Below, piece after piece: positions 24,623-36,803 of a stretch of 64,000 nucleotides of DNA. The stretch is from Raillietiella orientalis (Eukaryota): assembly GCA_036172245.1 (NCBI GenBank), contig JAYWIR010000004.1, positions 6,200,001 to 6,264,000 of the forward strand, in the 5' to 3' direction. Position 1 is the stretch's first letter; every line of letters begins with the position of its first letter. The translations under genes and the position numbers were made by a program. Below the pieces are notes generated by a model. The model did no database searches. It was not told the origin of the DNA and saw nothing but the letters and a program-made list of their open reading frames with translations.

Positions 24623-24833
24623 GTGTCCTGGATCAGGCACAGGGATCTCCACCTCCTCACGGTCGGCAAATACGTGTACACCACCGATCTGCGTATCCAC
24701 ATCAACCACAACTCCGAAACGGATGACTGGATGCTTTCGATTAAACAGCTGAGCTCGAAGGACAGCGGAGTGTACGAATGCCAGATAAGCTCCAAGCCCA
24801 TGCTCTCAGTGAAAATACAGCTGAAAGTGTACG
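24623..24833 (+). CDS. dpr-like: Dpr/ZIG-8-like Ig-superfamily gene, exon encoding the C-terminal part of Ig1
   Basis: Acceptor TTTCCTCTCACCCAG|, donor G|GTAGGT; 211 nt, phase 0 to 1. Translates VSWIRHRDLHLLTVGKYVYTTDLRIHINHNSETDDWMLSIKQLSSKDSGVYECQISSKPMLSVKIQLKVY, matching the Dpr signature VSWIR.RD.H.LTVG...YT.D.R ... W.L.I......DSG.YECQ.S. Confidence 0.93.
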
Positions 24834-25639
24834 GTAGGTGGCGAGCAGGAAACCTGTTCGGCTCTTTAAGAAGGAACTCCTTCGAATCATCTCATTTCAT
24901 CCTTTTTAGTTTTAGTCGGCTGATCAGGGTCTGCTTTTTTGTGCGCACAGGGCATTTCGCAGTGCAGTGAGTGCAGCATTCTTGCGATGAAGAATTTCAA
25001 AGTACTGCTTGATGCTGCTGGGCTCCTCAGATATTGTAAAATCTTCCTAGTCGTTTGCATGCAGATAAACAGCGATGTTTCGACGCGATTGGTTTGCATC
25101 TAGCCATATGAAAAAATTCTGCGCAGCAATTTTTATCCAGACAGAAGCACGCTGAACACGAAATTCATTCCACAACTGAAATAATGCATGAGAATCGATG
25201 AGAAATGTAGTGGTGCAAAAACTCCCATCGGTTGACACATGTTCCTCCGCATCCGTTGATGATGGCAGGAAATTCATTCGTCTGTCAGCTCGGGTACAAT
25301 TTCAAGTGAAACGTCACGAGAACCCGGTAAATCCGAGGGAATTTGATTCTTGAACCCGTGGATTCTGCCCCTCTTCTGTCGGTCAGAGGATTCTTCCTGC
25401 TTTCCTCAAACTCATTGGTCCATCTATCCTTTGGGCTCATTTCAAATTTCGAGTGACGCGAGCGGCACGCTTTCATCGAAATCCCGAGGAAACGCTTGGA
25501 GGCGCGAGTTCCAAGAACTCCTGCGCCGTTCGCTGTGTAACAAACCGAAGATCGAGAGATGAAAAACGAAGTCAATTTGTCATCCCCGGTTATTCGTCAC
25601 ATTTTCCTCCTGCATTCCCCAATTAATTAATCTTCGATT

Positions 25640-26480
25640 TTGGGGGAACCTGAAGCAACGGGGAAATGAAGGTTTGTCTCCATAGGAGGAAGATGGAAGC
25701 ACCACAGAGTGCTTTTCCCTTTGTTCCAGAGGAAGATGTCCAACAAAGAAAACATGAAGATGGAGTACGACGTTGGAATGGAATGCATCTGGAGCAATTG
25801 ATTTCTGAAAAAGAGAAGCCAAGAAATGGACCGTGAAGTGGATAACAGATGGAACGGACTGACCGAATTTCAACCACGCTTGATTCCGGAAGAATCAGAT
25901 CAAGTTTCTTCCTTGCTGCAAATCGCTCATGTTCTGGATATGGTTTCCAAACTCGCAGAAAAAATTCAGAGTATCCATCGCAGAAACGGGAGATAATAAG
26001 CACTCTGCGGATGTTTGATAGATTACGCTGGAACGACGGCGAAACCAATTGCTTCAAGCTCGGGTATGCAGCTTTTCTACAAAGTCTGCCATAGATACGT
26101 CTCAAGTACCGAGATCACCTTCTGAAAAGCCACAGCCGCCACTGGTATCGTCCGAATTGCTTTGATTTTCTTCATACATATTCCGAAATTCCAAGTCAAC
26201 TTTGTGCTACCCTCCATGCTTTGGGCGATGCGCAAAAATGCTGGATGGAGAAAGCTTCATCCAACATCCTTGCGCATCTTCTCAAGGTTCCTAGGACTTT
26301 CCACGGCCGTGCACGCATAATTCGAAAAGGAATCTCTGCACATAACCAGGGTTACATCAGCTACACGTCCAAGCAGCAATGAGGATGCATCTATCGATCA
26401 TTGCCGTTCTCGTAAGCAACTTATAAACTGAAAAACTGAGTGATAGCTTAAAGCATCCTAGGTCTGCATAACTCTATGAA
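25640..26480 (+). mobile_element. Decayed Penelope-like element within the Dpr-like intron
   Basis: KMEAPQSA at ~25690 (~MG.PLSP), KWTVKWITDG (~KFT.E.E.DG), SEYPSQKREIISTL..KLGY (~S.HP...K..I..L...NGY), then CFGRCAKMLDGES at 26217-26255 (~C..C...YIGE[TS] of GIY-YIG). Confidence 0.5.
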
Positions 26481-27449
26481 AATTCCAGCATCAGCCTGCT
26501 CTGGTGTTTGATTGGAATGGGCACGCTGTACTTCACATCTGCGAGGTCACTGAGTAGGTGTGGCTGTGGTTTCGCAGGGTTCCGTTAGCTATCTCATTTC
26601 ACGAAAAAGTATTCGTGTACTGACTTGATATCCACTTGTCTTTATTAAAACTGTCCTTGCGAACGATTCTCTATATTTTCATATTTCCTTTTTTGTTGTG
26701 TGTATGGAAAATGGAAAAGACGTATGCGATTACGTCAGGTCAACGGTCCTCGGTTGTTCGACACGAAATAACATTCAACAAATCGAGCATTCGAAAAGTC
26801 ATAAAAATTTGCCTTCGCCTTGATAGAAAGGTCTGTTTCTCAGAAAGTTCTCTCCTCTGGAAAAATCATGATTATCTACAAGCTATTTTGTAGAAGCAGT
26901 GCTTATAAGCATCACAACTAATCGATTTAATGAATTGAGAACAGTGGAGAACGAAAGACAGGAAAAATATTTTCCCATTCCCGAGTGTTTTGTCACCATT
27001 TGTCTTGACCTATAAATTGCGCTCACTTCCTTCCAAGCAATCCATCATTAGAAGATATTTCCTTTGAAATCACTTGTGTCGAAAATCATGTCCCTGGAAA
27101 GAGTTGAATCTCTTTCCAGAGGGAGGAATAAGATTTTGCGTTTTATGAAATATCACATTGATTTTACATTTTCGACTTCCTTTTTTTCCCCCTGATTTGA
27201 TGAATTTGCTAATTCCTTACCGGTGAACGCTTGCATTCCTTTGCAACTTGAGTATTTTTGAGGGAAAGAATTAAAACCCGAAAGCGGCATTTCTTGCACC
27301 ACCCCTGCGATTCGTGTGTTTCCAGATTCACTTAAATTTCATTAGTCACGTAGGCAATTTTCTCTACCTGTTCCGCATCATTAATTATTTTCCTTTCATG
27401 TCTGTTTACAGAAGAAAATTTTCCATCCCGTTTCACATCCATAAATGAA

Positions 27450-27950
27450 GCCATCTTCAGTGGAAGGGGTCCACAGGTAACGAAGTCACCAAAGGCCACT
27501 TAATTTTGCAGCTCGTAACAGAGTACACTCATTTTCGCTTCTCAGCAGCAGGGAGAATGGGTATACCGTGTTTGCAGACACTGTCTTGGATATTCGAGCC
27601 GGAGTGAAGAAAAAGAGGAAGCTGGAAACAGAAGACTGGATCTTTTCCTACACTTAAGGACCAAAGTCTAAATCCAACTTCCTGTCTGTTTCCATGTCAC
27701 CAGATGGAAGGAATTTCTTCCTAAACCAAAGTATTGCATTTTTTTGATCAGAGGCAACACGCCTTTCCATCCCGAGAAACGCAGCTTAAGAACGAATTCG
27801 TAAAGTTCTTTTGCACTCTGGAAATGGCGAACGAAAGCCACAGTCTTGTCCATCTTCCAGTACTTCTGGGTTCGATATTCACTTGGATTTTAGGTTTTTG
27901 CAAATCTTCTGAACATTGTCTGCTCACCACAGTTTGCGTTGTGTTAGAGC
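27450..27950 (-). mobile_element. Decayed CR1/L2-like LINE RT C-terminal fragment
   Basis: DLQ..RWTRLWLSFAISR (~DL...W...W.L.FN.SK), MQYFGLGRNSFHLVTWKQ (~KYLG...D..LTW..H), RLEY (~RP.LEY). Confidence 0.45.
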
Positions 27951-28119
27951 CTTCGCTGCTTCTCGGAAGCGATAAATCTATTCCTACCGAAAAGCGAACC
28001 ACTTACAAATCCATTACGGTTCGTTCAAAAATACAGCAAAGCAGCTTACGTGATGGAACTGATGCTGAAAATGTCACAGTCCCATTTTAATCATGTGTTT
28101 CGTGTTTTTCTGTTTCTAG

Positions 28120-28247
28120 TGCAACGATTTGAGATTGCAGAGGGCTCGCAGATGGTTGTAAACCGAGGGAAGAGTGCAAATCTGACTTGCATCCTGGAGC
28201 ACGCCGATACTGTTCCCGACAGCTCTGTGTGGTTCTTCGAAAAAACT
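28120..28247 (+). CDS. dpr-like: Dpr-like gene, exon encoding the first half of Ig2
   Basis: Acceptor TTTTTCTGTTTCTAG|, donor ACT|GTGAGT; 128 nt, phase 1 to 0, in frame with both neighbours. Translates (V)QRFEIAEGSQMVVNRGKSANLTCILEHADTVPDSSVWFFEKT, with Ig G...LTC and W motifs. Confidence 0.88.
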
Positions 28248-28357
28248 GTGAGTTCTGTTTTCCTTGTAGTTGACGCACTTTTCGACATATAAAAAAGCAC
28301 ATTCATAAGTCTGATTTGTCGACCTATCCCGTCCTGAATGTGGTGTTTTCTGCGAAT

Positions 28358-28394
28358 GGCAAATCTAAGGTGTTTCCCCAACCTTAGATTTGCC
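28358..28394. repeat. Perfect 14-bp-stem hairpin with 9-nt loop in the Dpr-like intron
   Basis: GGCAAATCTAAGGT (28358-28371) / GTTTCCCCA / ACCTTAGATTTGCC (28381-28394). Confidence 0.85.
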
Positions 28395-29745
28395 CGTTCT
28401 ACATCCTGTGCATTTCAACACCTTCCCCTCCGAAATGCTCGCAATAAGCTCCTAATTTCAAATCAAAACCTTTCTTTGTTTATAGCTAACAACTCATATG
28501 CATGCTGATTTACTATTCTCTATTATTTAGAGGACATGTTCTATATTCTTAGTTCTATATTCAGATGACTGTGGACTGACTCCGTTCTTTGCGTTTTCTC
28601 AGGGAATGTCGTTGATGATTATCAGAATAAGTAACAAGAATGTAGAGAATTGATAGGATGGAGCTTATTTGATGTTAAGACACTTTTATAGAAATCTATG
28701 CTAAAAAAGTATCCAAACCATGAAATTAGGCTTTTTTTTGTGTGTGTGGTAAGTACTTTAACAGCAGGATTTTACCGATGCACTGCTCTTGGCTGCGAGA
28801 AGGATCCACGGATCTCATGGTTACTTTGGTAATGCATTGGAAGCGAATGAGGCATTAATAGGATTCTTTCTTTCGCCGCCATTGAGGGCAACGGAGAACG
28901 AGTGGGATTTCTAAGAGAAATGTATCTCAGTTACTGTTAATTTCTTTCGCTCTATCATTTTATCAGTGTTCACCATTATTAGAACTATCCTACTTCCATA
29001 TGTGCTTTTTTTTCCATTTCCTTTTGCTCTTCAGCAATCATGTTTTATTCTTCAGTGCCCTTATGGAAATAAAAGAAATTTCGTTCTTCAAAGAGGCAAT
29101 CACTACTGCGGAAAAACTTCTGCTTTTGAAAACCAAAGCGAAAGTGCGAGTTACCGTGAACTTGCTCTACAAAATCCCTTCATGTTTCCCCAAACCCTCT
29201 TAGTTCTTCTTGCTCATCCTCTTCACCTGCTCACTAACATGCGAAAAACCGCAGAGTAAGGCAAAAGACTCTTTCCCACCATCTGATAATAGCGGAAAGA
29301 GTACTCTAGGAGAGGACTCTTCCCTAATCAACTTGAAGGCACCGCAAGCTTTTCCGGATAGTTCTTGTTTCAGAAAAAGTTCGCGAGGATGTGAGCAAAA
29401 CAGGGACGCCAGCTGAACCCTTAAGAAATCATTCACTAGACCGAACCATCGCCCGACTTTCGTTGATGGTGTTATCCGCGATCTTGGTGAACGCGAAACA
29501 TGCACTTTAATTTTTTGTTGATTCAAATTCAAGGAAATTAAGTGCTGCTCCCGTACTGAACCGGTCTGAACATGTTCACGTAAAATTCTCTCCTTGTCAT
29601 TATCGCCACGGGTAATTCTTAATTTTAATTGCTCTCGATCCAGGAAGTACACTTCTTGGAAGCTCAGTCACTTGTAGAATTACGGAATTAAGGCATACAA
29701 TTGGTTTTATTTCTGTCACACACTAAAGCGATTTTTGGATTTCAG

Positions 29746-29916
29746 GAAATTGACGTGAGCAAGCCAGTACTAGAGAAAAATACCATCGTATTCCGTGGGA
29801 ATGATTCTTTAATGAACATACTGATGATTCAGCACGCTCGATTATCAGATAGTGGCAACTACACCTGCTATATAAACGAGAACACGGAAAAATCTATTGA
29901 AGTGATCGTTGTGTGA
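29746..29916 (+). CDS. dpr-like: Dpr-like gene, apparent terminal exon completing Ig2
   Basis: Acceptor GGATTTCAG|, phase 0. Translates EIDVSKPVLEKNTIVFRGNDSLMNILMIQHARLSDSGNYTCYINENTEKSIEVIVV*, with the L.I..A...DSGNYTC motif; TGA at 29914-29916. Confidence 0.88.
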   Translation, partial: EIDVSKPVLEKNTIVFRGNDSLMNILMIQHARLSDSGNYTCYINENTEKSIEVIVV

Positions 29917-29934
29917 AACCAGAGGAATGTCCAA

Positions 29935-30060
29935 AATAAAACCGTGCTGTCTCTACTTGATGTTTGCTCGCCGATTCCACGGTAGATGCCCAAAGAAACA
30001 AACTTGAAACCGACATTCATTTTGTGAGCGCTACTCAGCACCCTCATTGGTAAAAATAAA
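29935..30060 (+). promoter_or_regulatory. Candidate polyadenylation signals of the Dpr-like gene
   Basis: AATAAA at 29935-29940 and 30055-30060, just downstream of the stop codon. Confidence 0.5.
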
Positions 30061-31289
30061 GATCTCGCGATGGAAAGCTTACAGGTTTTCTGGAACGGTT
30101 TGAATTATGTGCTTCTGGCCTGTTTCATCGATCAACGTTAACAGATTTCTCCACGCAGTTTCCCCTCGTGATTTCGAGTCTCCTGTTTTCCAAATCTGCT
30201 TCCGTATCTGCTTTCGTGGTGTCGCTAAACTGAGTTCCTCCTGGTCTTCAATTTTTTAAACACACTGCAGAGTGAGTTCAAATGCAGCCAGTTTCAAATA
30301 ATTGTTCACAGATCTTTGATGCATCGGATTGTGATTGTGAAAAAATATTCAAGTCACTCTTTTACACTCATTCTCTCCTTTACGTGTGCCCTTGCATCCC
30401 AGAATGCTTCAGTCGGTTTATGTGAGCATTTTAAGTGGAGATGCACATCCCAGTGCTGATGCGAATTCACGATGGAATTATCATTTTGAGGGATGCAATA
30501 TAGAGATCTGAAGTGTAAAAGGGTATTGGGAAATTTGGCAGCCATACAGATAAAGGTATGGATGTAAATGTGAAAAGTTCAAATCATCACTGTTCTGAAA
30601 AGCATCGAAATTTCCCCAGATCTGCTTACAACGTGAGGAGCAAACAGGGCACTTCTATCCGGTTTGAATCCATCCATCTAATTCCACAAAAAAAGAATAT
30701 AGAGAAATAATGGATCACAATCGAAAACCGATCACAGAAAACTGTTAGTTAGTTCCAGTTTTCATTTCGTGGTCTTTTCCTTCCCCATCCAGCCTCTGTT
30801 TGCAGTGATGCCTAGATATCCACTCAATTTATATATAAAAAAAAAAAAGTGACGAAAACGTTCAGTTTCCTAGCAGGTGAATTTTTGGAAACAGCATCAG
30901 CAGCAGCGCATCAGCAGTCACGCAACCGTTGCATCGAACATTTTTTTGGAGTTTGTTAATGAGATTTCGAGTTAATGAAGATGGTTATTGGAAGTTAATT
31001 TAGCACAACCGAGCGCGCCACGTTTAGGGCACGCATGCAATCCTGAGAGGTGAGTGGCACTTTCGGCTGATTACCCAGTGTGCACATCTTCACGATTCTC
31101 AGAATCAACCAATTCGTTAAAATCACAGTTTAGTGATTTCGTCTTCGAGATCGGCAAACTGGAAATGCTCTTTCTAAAGTGCCCCGATATGATCAAGTTC
31201 CACAAGTTCCCCAACGCAATAGAGAGAACTTGATAACTCCGGTTTTCCTCAAATGATAACACTGATTGGCTTCCTATTCAAATAATGAC

Positions 31290-32230
31290 TCTCTTACAAG
31301 CCTTGATGGACTAGACCGTCGACTGAAAGCTCAACATTCTTCAGTGGAAGCCATCTAAGCAGACCATTCGCAACAACAGAGCTGAGCATAAAATGATAAA
31401 TCATACTGTAGCGAATTTCCACCGCGACATTAATCGCAAAATCCGGAGGTGATACCTCAGCAATCGATAAAATATGAAGAAGAGTGATGCTTTAATTCTG
31501 TGACAAGAAAAGAGTTTCCAGATGACAGATCTTTAGTTTCACTTTGAGGCTAAGAGCTATTCAGTCACCGAGTGAAAGAATCTACCTACCTTGCCACAAA
31601 AACTCAGAAACTGTGAAACTGCTTCCGCGGACCTTCTGAGAAGAACTCGCAGGTGGTTTCAGACATATGAGAGAAGAACCGTACCAAGACAAACCACGTC
31701 CTATAGAGGTGGAAAGACCACCACTTTTTGATGCTAAAGAGATGCTTGGGAGATCGAATCCATTCTTCTTGAAAAGAAATTCAACTCCCAAAGCACGGGT
31801 TCTCCAGGAAACTTGCAAAAATCTTCTGGGGTATCCTTCCTCCTGGAAAGGATACCCCAGAAGTATCATAAAAAAAAAGAAAAACAAGGTATTTTCGTAA
31901 TGACAGACGACGAATAAGTGTGAAGTTGGGATGAGTTTCATGCCAAGTCCTTCATTGCCTATTATGCAAGCCTACAAAGATTCTCTAACCTTTAGCGAGC
32001 AGAACAGGAGGAATTTTTATTCTTCCTTTCACGAATTTTCTGATAATTTTCTAAGAGAAGATTCCCTTGTTCCTGCAGGGGGAGGTGGAAAGAATTATTC
32101 GAAAAATGCAATAGTGGGCAAGCCACCAATAAAGCGCCTTTCTTGGGCACGAGTATGGTATTAAATTTAATACAATCATATTCCCTGTGAAATGAAGATA
32201 AGAAGATAAGGGACATGAAGATGGAGTATG
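31290..32230 (+). mobile_element. Decayed APE-type LINE fragment (endonuclease end to RT start)
   Basis: GLD..ADHS (~LD...SDH), then EVERIIRKMQ/GKPP (~EV...I..L...KAPG) and NHIPCEMK (~G.IP..WK). Confidence 0.33.
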
Positions 32231-32999
32231 TTTCAGACGTAATGTCCCTCAGCAACAAATAATTTTTCACTGGAATCCCTTAGTTTTTCGTCTGTTTCTA
32301 ATCTCGCGCTTCGTTCCGAGAAAAGAAAAGTCGGCTTCACACATTCGAAAAAACGTGTCTCTGGATATCTCTTGATGCCCTGATTGTCTTTTTTTTAGGA
32401 AAAAAAAAAATTCAGATTTTTAATCATGGCAACTAACGACTGTGCGGAAGAACGGGCAGGGCACGTAGAAGCGACCCAAGAGCTTTCTTCAGTTGACCCT
32501 CTTTTTTATGGGTAATGCGATGTTTTTTATATTCCCAATAATGAGAGCTGCGATCCCTCGACCCTCAGGAAGAAACCATAACATTCGAGAGCACGAACAA
32601 AAATGAGCTCTGGACCTCTTTAAAAAGAGTTCAGAGTTTTCTTATGAGTTCGGAGTACCTCTTGCCTGTCATGAGGAATTCATGAATTCACAAAATTCGT
32701 GAAACTGGGAATGGCAGTGTTAGAATAATAGCAGCATATGTTTCTCAACGATCTTCGGGAAGCCATCCAAAGGTATGCTGCAGGAACCTCAGGTCTTGAC
32801 CGGATCAAATACCCTAGCTTTGCTTGAGTACCTCTGTGTTTGAGATGAGCTAAAACAAAAAAGCAAATGCTCTTCGGATGGATTTTGCGAAATCGAAAAG
32901 GATGAATGGTACAGAGAACAAGCGGCATCACAATTCAGAGAGCTGGAAGAGCTAATTTATCCATCAGCCCTCTCGGGGTCGAGGTAAAAGAGTCGCAAG

Positions 33000-33850
33000 T
33001 TCCTTCGCTTTCTTGTCCTGAAAGGCACCAAACACGAAAGTGCTCGGCTTTCCAAAGTCACGGGAATATGATGGTTGTGAAACGACTTCCTTCAGATATG
33101 GGAAAGGCATAACTCCGCCCGGTGAGCTCACGCCTTGCTTGATCGGTGCAGAGGAGGAGAAAAAGGTGGGGAAAATGCTCGCAGCTCGAAGCTGCCAGCC
33201 TTCCGAAATTTGCATGCCGATATCCGCCTCGATCTCAGATTGCTCGACGGAGATGCACCTCCAGGCATGGCCACCAGAACGAAACGTGCGTTCTCTCCCT
33301 GCTTGCGAGCACCGATGCTCGTTTTTGGTGTTTCTTTCGGCGAAAAGGCTCTCGGGTTTGGGAATCGTGGCGTTCGTGACGCAAGGAGGTGCTCTGCGGC
33401 ATGAGTGCGCCATCGGCGGCTGCCACGTGGCCTTTCTAGGGTGGCGCGAGCATTTCAGGAACACCAAGTGCTTTCAAGCAGCCTGATCACTGGTGGAGTG
33501 GTGCATCCTCGTTGATACGGCAAGGCCTGAGCTTGTACACATTTAGCGGAATCAGAGAGTAGATTTCCGAAAGCCTTTGAAACCACTCTTCTAGAGATCT
33601 GATGCTTCCGGAAGGCGAACGCTGCGATCTCTAGGCCAAGCGCGGAATCTGCAGAACCCGCAATAGAGAGGAACATTTCGCCAGGAAACAACGGTGCTCA
33701 TGGACGCCTCGTTAGGGCTGATTTTTTTTTTTTTATTCGAGATGGCAGAGGGAAAAAATGCTCCCGAACTGACAAGCTAGATGCGGCGACTCCTAGCAGC
33801 GAATGCATCCAGGAGGCGTCCTGAAAGAGTATCGCAGGAGCATCGGAAAT
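33000..33850 (-). mobile_element. Decayed RTE-like LINE RT fragment
   Basis: TPPGCI (~APG.D.I), FLSIAGS (~LLSIAGK, typical of the RTE clade), YQRGCTT (~GFR..RGC.D), PIKQGVSSPGGVMP (~I..GV.QG.VL.P). Confidence 0.45.
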
Positions 33851-35284
33851 CCTCCGCCGCCAATCACATGAGTTTTCAAAGATCGATCCTTGTCAAAATC
33901 ACCAGCAATACATAAAAGTACACTTGATACCAGGAACGTTCTTGTGGAGGTCTCTCCTTGAACACTCACCGTGATTAAGGGTGACAGAGCGCCTCTTAAA
34001 CTGGCGGGTTAAAACAAGGAAAAGGTTGAAACGAGGAGGAGCACAGCTCCGCTGCTCTGAGAATCTGTCAGAGTGAGGCTTCGGCCTCACGACCTACACA
34101 GGAGGGATTTCGGGAAAACTGACAGGGGAAAAACACCTCCCAGTACACAGGAATTTGCGAAGCTTTCCCGAAATGCCAAACGGGATTCACCCTAATAAAA
34201 CGTGTTTCGCCTCCGACATTGGGAGAACCCGTGATCCGGATGCGAAATGGAGACGTTTCCGAACGGTCCCTCGGGTTATTCCGGAAGCTGTTCGCAATGA
34301 TTCCAGACATCACCTTCCGTCGTAACATCTGCATGTAACTCATCTGTAGATCTCCGCGCAAGCTGTGACAAAAACGCTGCGCCATGTTTCCATCAGTAAT
34401 GCTGTCAGAATGCGTTTCGTAAGCACTTTCGATGGCTCTGGACGGTCGTCTTTGAGAGTTGTTTGCCGAGGCAGCTCTCCTAGGGAAGCGCCAAGTCTTC
34501 CAGAGAAGGGCGTCAAATTTATTGAACTTTGCAAAAAAAACCGGGGCGCGCAGGGAAAGTCGTGAAATCTCGGAGCGAGCCGTGGCTTGTAAAAAGTGGT
34601 TGCCTTCCAGCATCTTAACGACCGTCGCAGCTTCCCAGCTTCTTGGCTCCACCGAGATGCAGTAACGACTCTTAATTGTTTGATTATTCATTGTCTTGTG
34701 AGCGGGAGGATACGCTCCGATGCAGAGCAGTGCCATTCTTATCGCAGCACTCAGATCTGGAGCCGTTGATCATCCTTGAGGGAAATGCAAGCGAAGAGGT
34801 GATTATCCGTCGCATTACTAGAGGGCGTTACCCAAGTGGAAGCCTTTAGGTTTATGCTGTTTGGTAATCGCCGTTACGTGTTGGCTCCGATGTAAGCTTC
34901 GAAGCGCCAATCTAACGGAATTCCCCCAAATCACGGACTTTCCTTTCATCCTGGATGAGTTTGGACATCCCGAGCGGGTAGACATCGCCTCTTCCCTGAT
35001 TGCAAGACTTTCGAGGGACCTTACCGGAATCGTCCGCGAGTCAGGTGCCCACGGGAAAGACTTGCATCCTTCCCTGCTTCCCCACTAGGATCTACTCTCT
35101 GATCTTGGCCCAAAGGCAGAGAAGCGACCTCCAGATCTTCGTTTCGCTGCTTTCCTCTCGACTTTCTTTTTTGGTTCTCAAGGAGCTCTGAAGAACCGTC
35201 TGCCTCCTTGGAAAGGGAGGGGGGTCTCAAAAAGTTTTTCAACGCAGTCCACGCCGCCCGAGGGTGCGTGTAACTTTTAAAGTT

Positions 35285-35630
35285 GAAGGGTAACCCTGAA
35301 GGGATACCCTAAGAATCCAGGAAGGCTCCGGAGGAAGGAGGGCGGTCGTCCTACGCTTGGTAGGGAGCCTCGAAGGGAACCCCACTTCGTTGTTCTCTTC
35401 TGAGGGATCCCCCGCAGGGGGTCACTCCTCATTTCTTCTCCAAAGGGGAGACACGGAAAGAATCCCTTCCTAAGTTTCCTCACCGGAGGGCACCCGCAGG
35501 GGAAGCGCTCCTTATCTACTCTGAAGAGAACCCCAAAGGGACTCTTCCCAATTCCTATCAACTTTTCTGTCCCTGAAGAGGGAGAAGAGCTCTTCTTACA
35601 CTCTGGAGAGGCAACCCCCCTGAGGGAGCA
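35285..35630 (-). repeat. Degenerate ~40-45 bp tandem array, copy A
   Basis: Recurrent (GAAGGG/GAAGAG)AACCC..AGGG cores. The reverse complement of ~35350-35550 aligns with 45070-45275 (e.g. GTCCCTTYGGGGTTCTCTTCAGAG, GGAGCG.TTCCC.TGCGGGT.CCCTCCGG, GGATTCTTTCCG). Confidence 0.7.
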
Positions 35631-35880
35631 TGAAACAGCTCCATGCAACGCGATTTTCTCGGAGTCTTCCCCTGAGGAAGAGGAAGGGGGGGGGGGACGG
35701 GGGAAGGATGGTTCCATTTTCGCAACCAGAATGGAACCCCGAAGGAAACCGGCTCCTTCATTCCTGGATGCACCCCAGAAGGGTCGACTTCAATCCCGGA
35801 ATGCCGGTTATTCAACGGGAGCAGACGGTTTCGGGCTTCCACCACTGCCGTACAGGAACCTACCAGCGTCATCCTGCGGG

Positions 35881-35985
35881 GAGGACCTGAATCCCACACT
35901 TCGGCGTCGATCCTTCCTCGTGTGGGATTCGAACCTCAAATGCTTGATGCTGCACGCGAAGACCGCGGCCACGTGGCCGTCGATG
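35881..35985 (-). other. tRNA-derived (SINE-head-like) fragment with Pol III B-box and an inverted second copy
   Basis: Minus strand reads TGGCCGCGGT (A-box-like) ... GAGGTTCGAATCCCACAC (B-box). GAATCCCACAC at 35889-35899 is a perfect inverted copy of 35920-35930. No full cloverleaf seen. Confidence 0.35.
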
Positions 35986-35999
35986 CGGGACGGGTGGCT

Positions 36000-36700
36000 A
36001 CGGTCCGATGTGGAATGGGGAAGAAAAAGGCGTGCTACTCTTCCGAAGCGGGATGCTGACGCCGAAGGTTCGTTTCATCACACAGACGCATCTCTTATGG
36101 ACGCTGCCTCGCGCTGGAGGAAGACAGCAGGGATCATCCTCTCTCCCTCCCTGGATAATTCCAGAGCAGGTGCGCGTTGTCCGTTGCGAGGAAATGGTGT
36201 TGTTGCTACCCTGTGGCCGAGACCACACGAAGTCTCCCGCACCCGTAGGGGATTTCCGGGAAGCGCTCCTCCCAGACACGCGACGTCGACGCTCCTGGTG
36301 CAGGGAGCTCCAGAGTGGGCAGAGCGCCGCCTCACTGGGAGGGAACGCCAAAGTTCTCGAACGCGGGGAAACTCCGCGAATTCCTTCGGGCTCGACCCCG
36401 CAGGCAAGAGGTCCACTGTGGGAGAGGACCATGCTCGCCTCGTCCCCAAGTAGAGAAGCTCTCAGCGGGCGGATGGGTATTCCTCGCCTGAGGACGAGGG
36501 AACCCGTCATCAAAGAAAAGAGCAGTCCTGAAAAGATGTGGGCTCGATGCTGGGACGGACTCTCCGCTCATCGAGTGAAAGCTGGTCGTGGGTCTGGGAG
36601 ACCCATTCCGGGGAAGCAAGAGAAGCGAGCGTGAGCATCCCGTCCCGGAACGCTTGGCTATTCATCTGCAATAAATAAATGAAGAACACGACAAGAAACG
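36000..36700 (+). mobile_element. 3' end of a decayed RLE-type non-LTR element
   Basis: ORF 36008-36634: VRFITQTHLLWTLP (~WRFIHRARL..LP), ELQSGQSAASLGGNAKV (~FENG..A...AR..K), GPLW..EALSGRMGIP (~G.W....L..LGI); followed by AATAAATAAA at ~36670. Confidence 0.5.
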
Positions 36701-36803
36701 GGCATCCACGTGCTGACCTGAAACGGAGGAGTCCGAGCCTGGTCAGAGCCCGAGAGAGAGCGGAGGAGGAGGAGGAGGGACCGATGGGTAAATGTGTGTG
36801 GCA
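36254..36803 (+). repeat. Left arm of a ~550-bp inverted duplication
   Basis: Reverse complement of 41761-42316; ORFs 36332-36619(-) and 41951-42481(+) begin with almost identical peptides. Confidence 0.9.
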
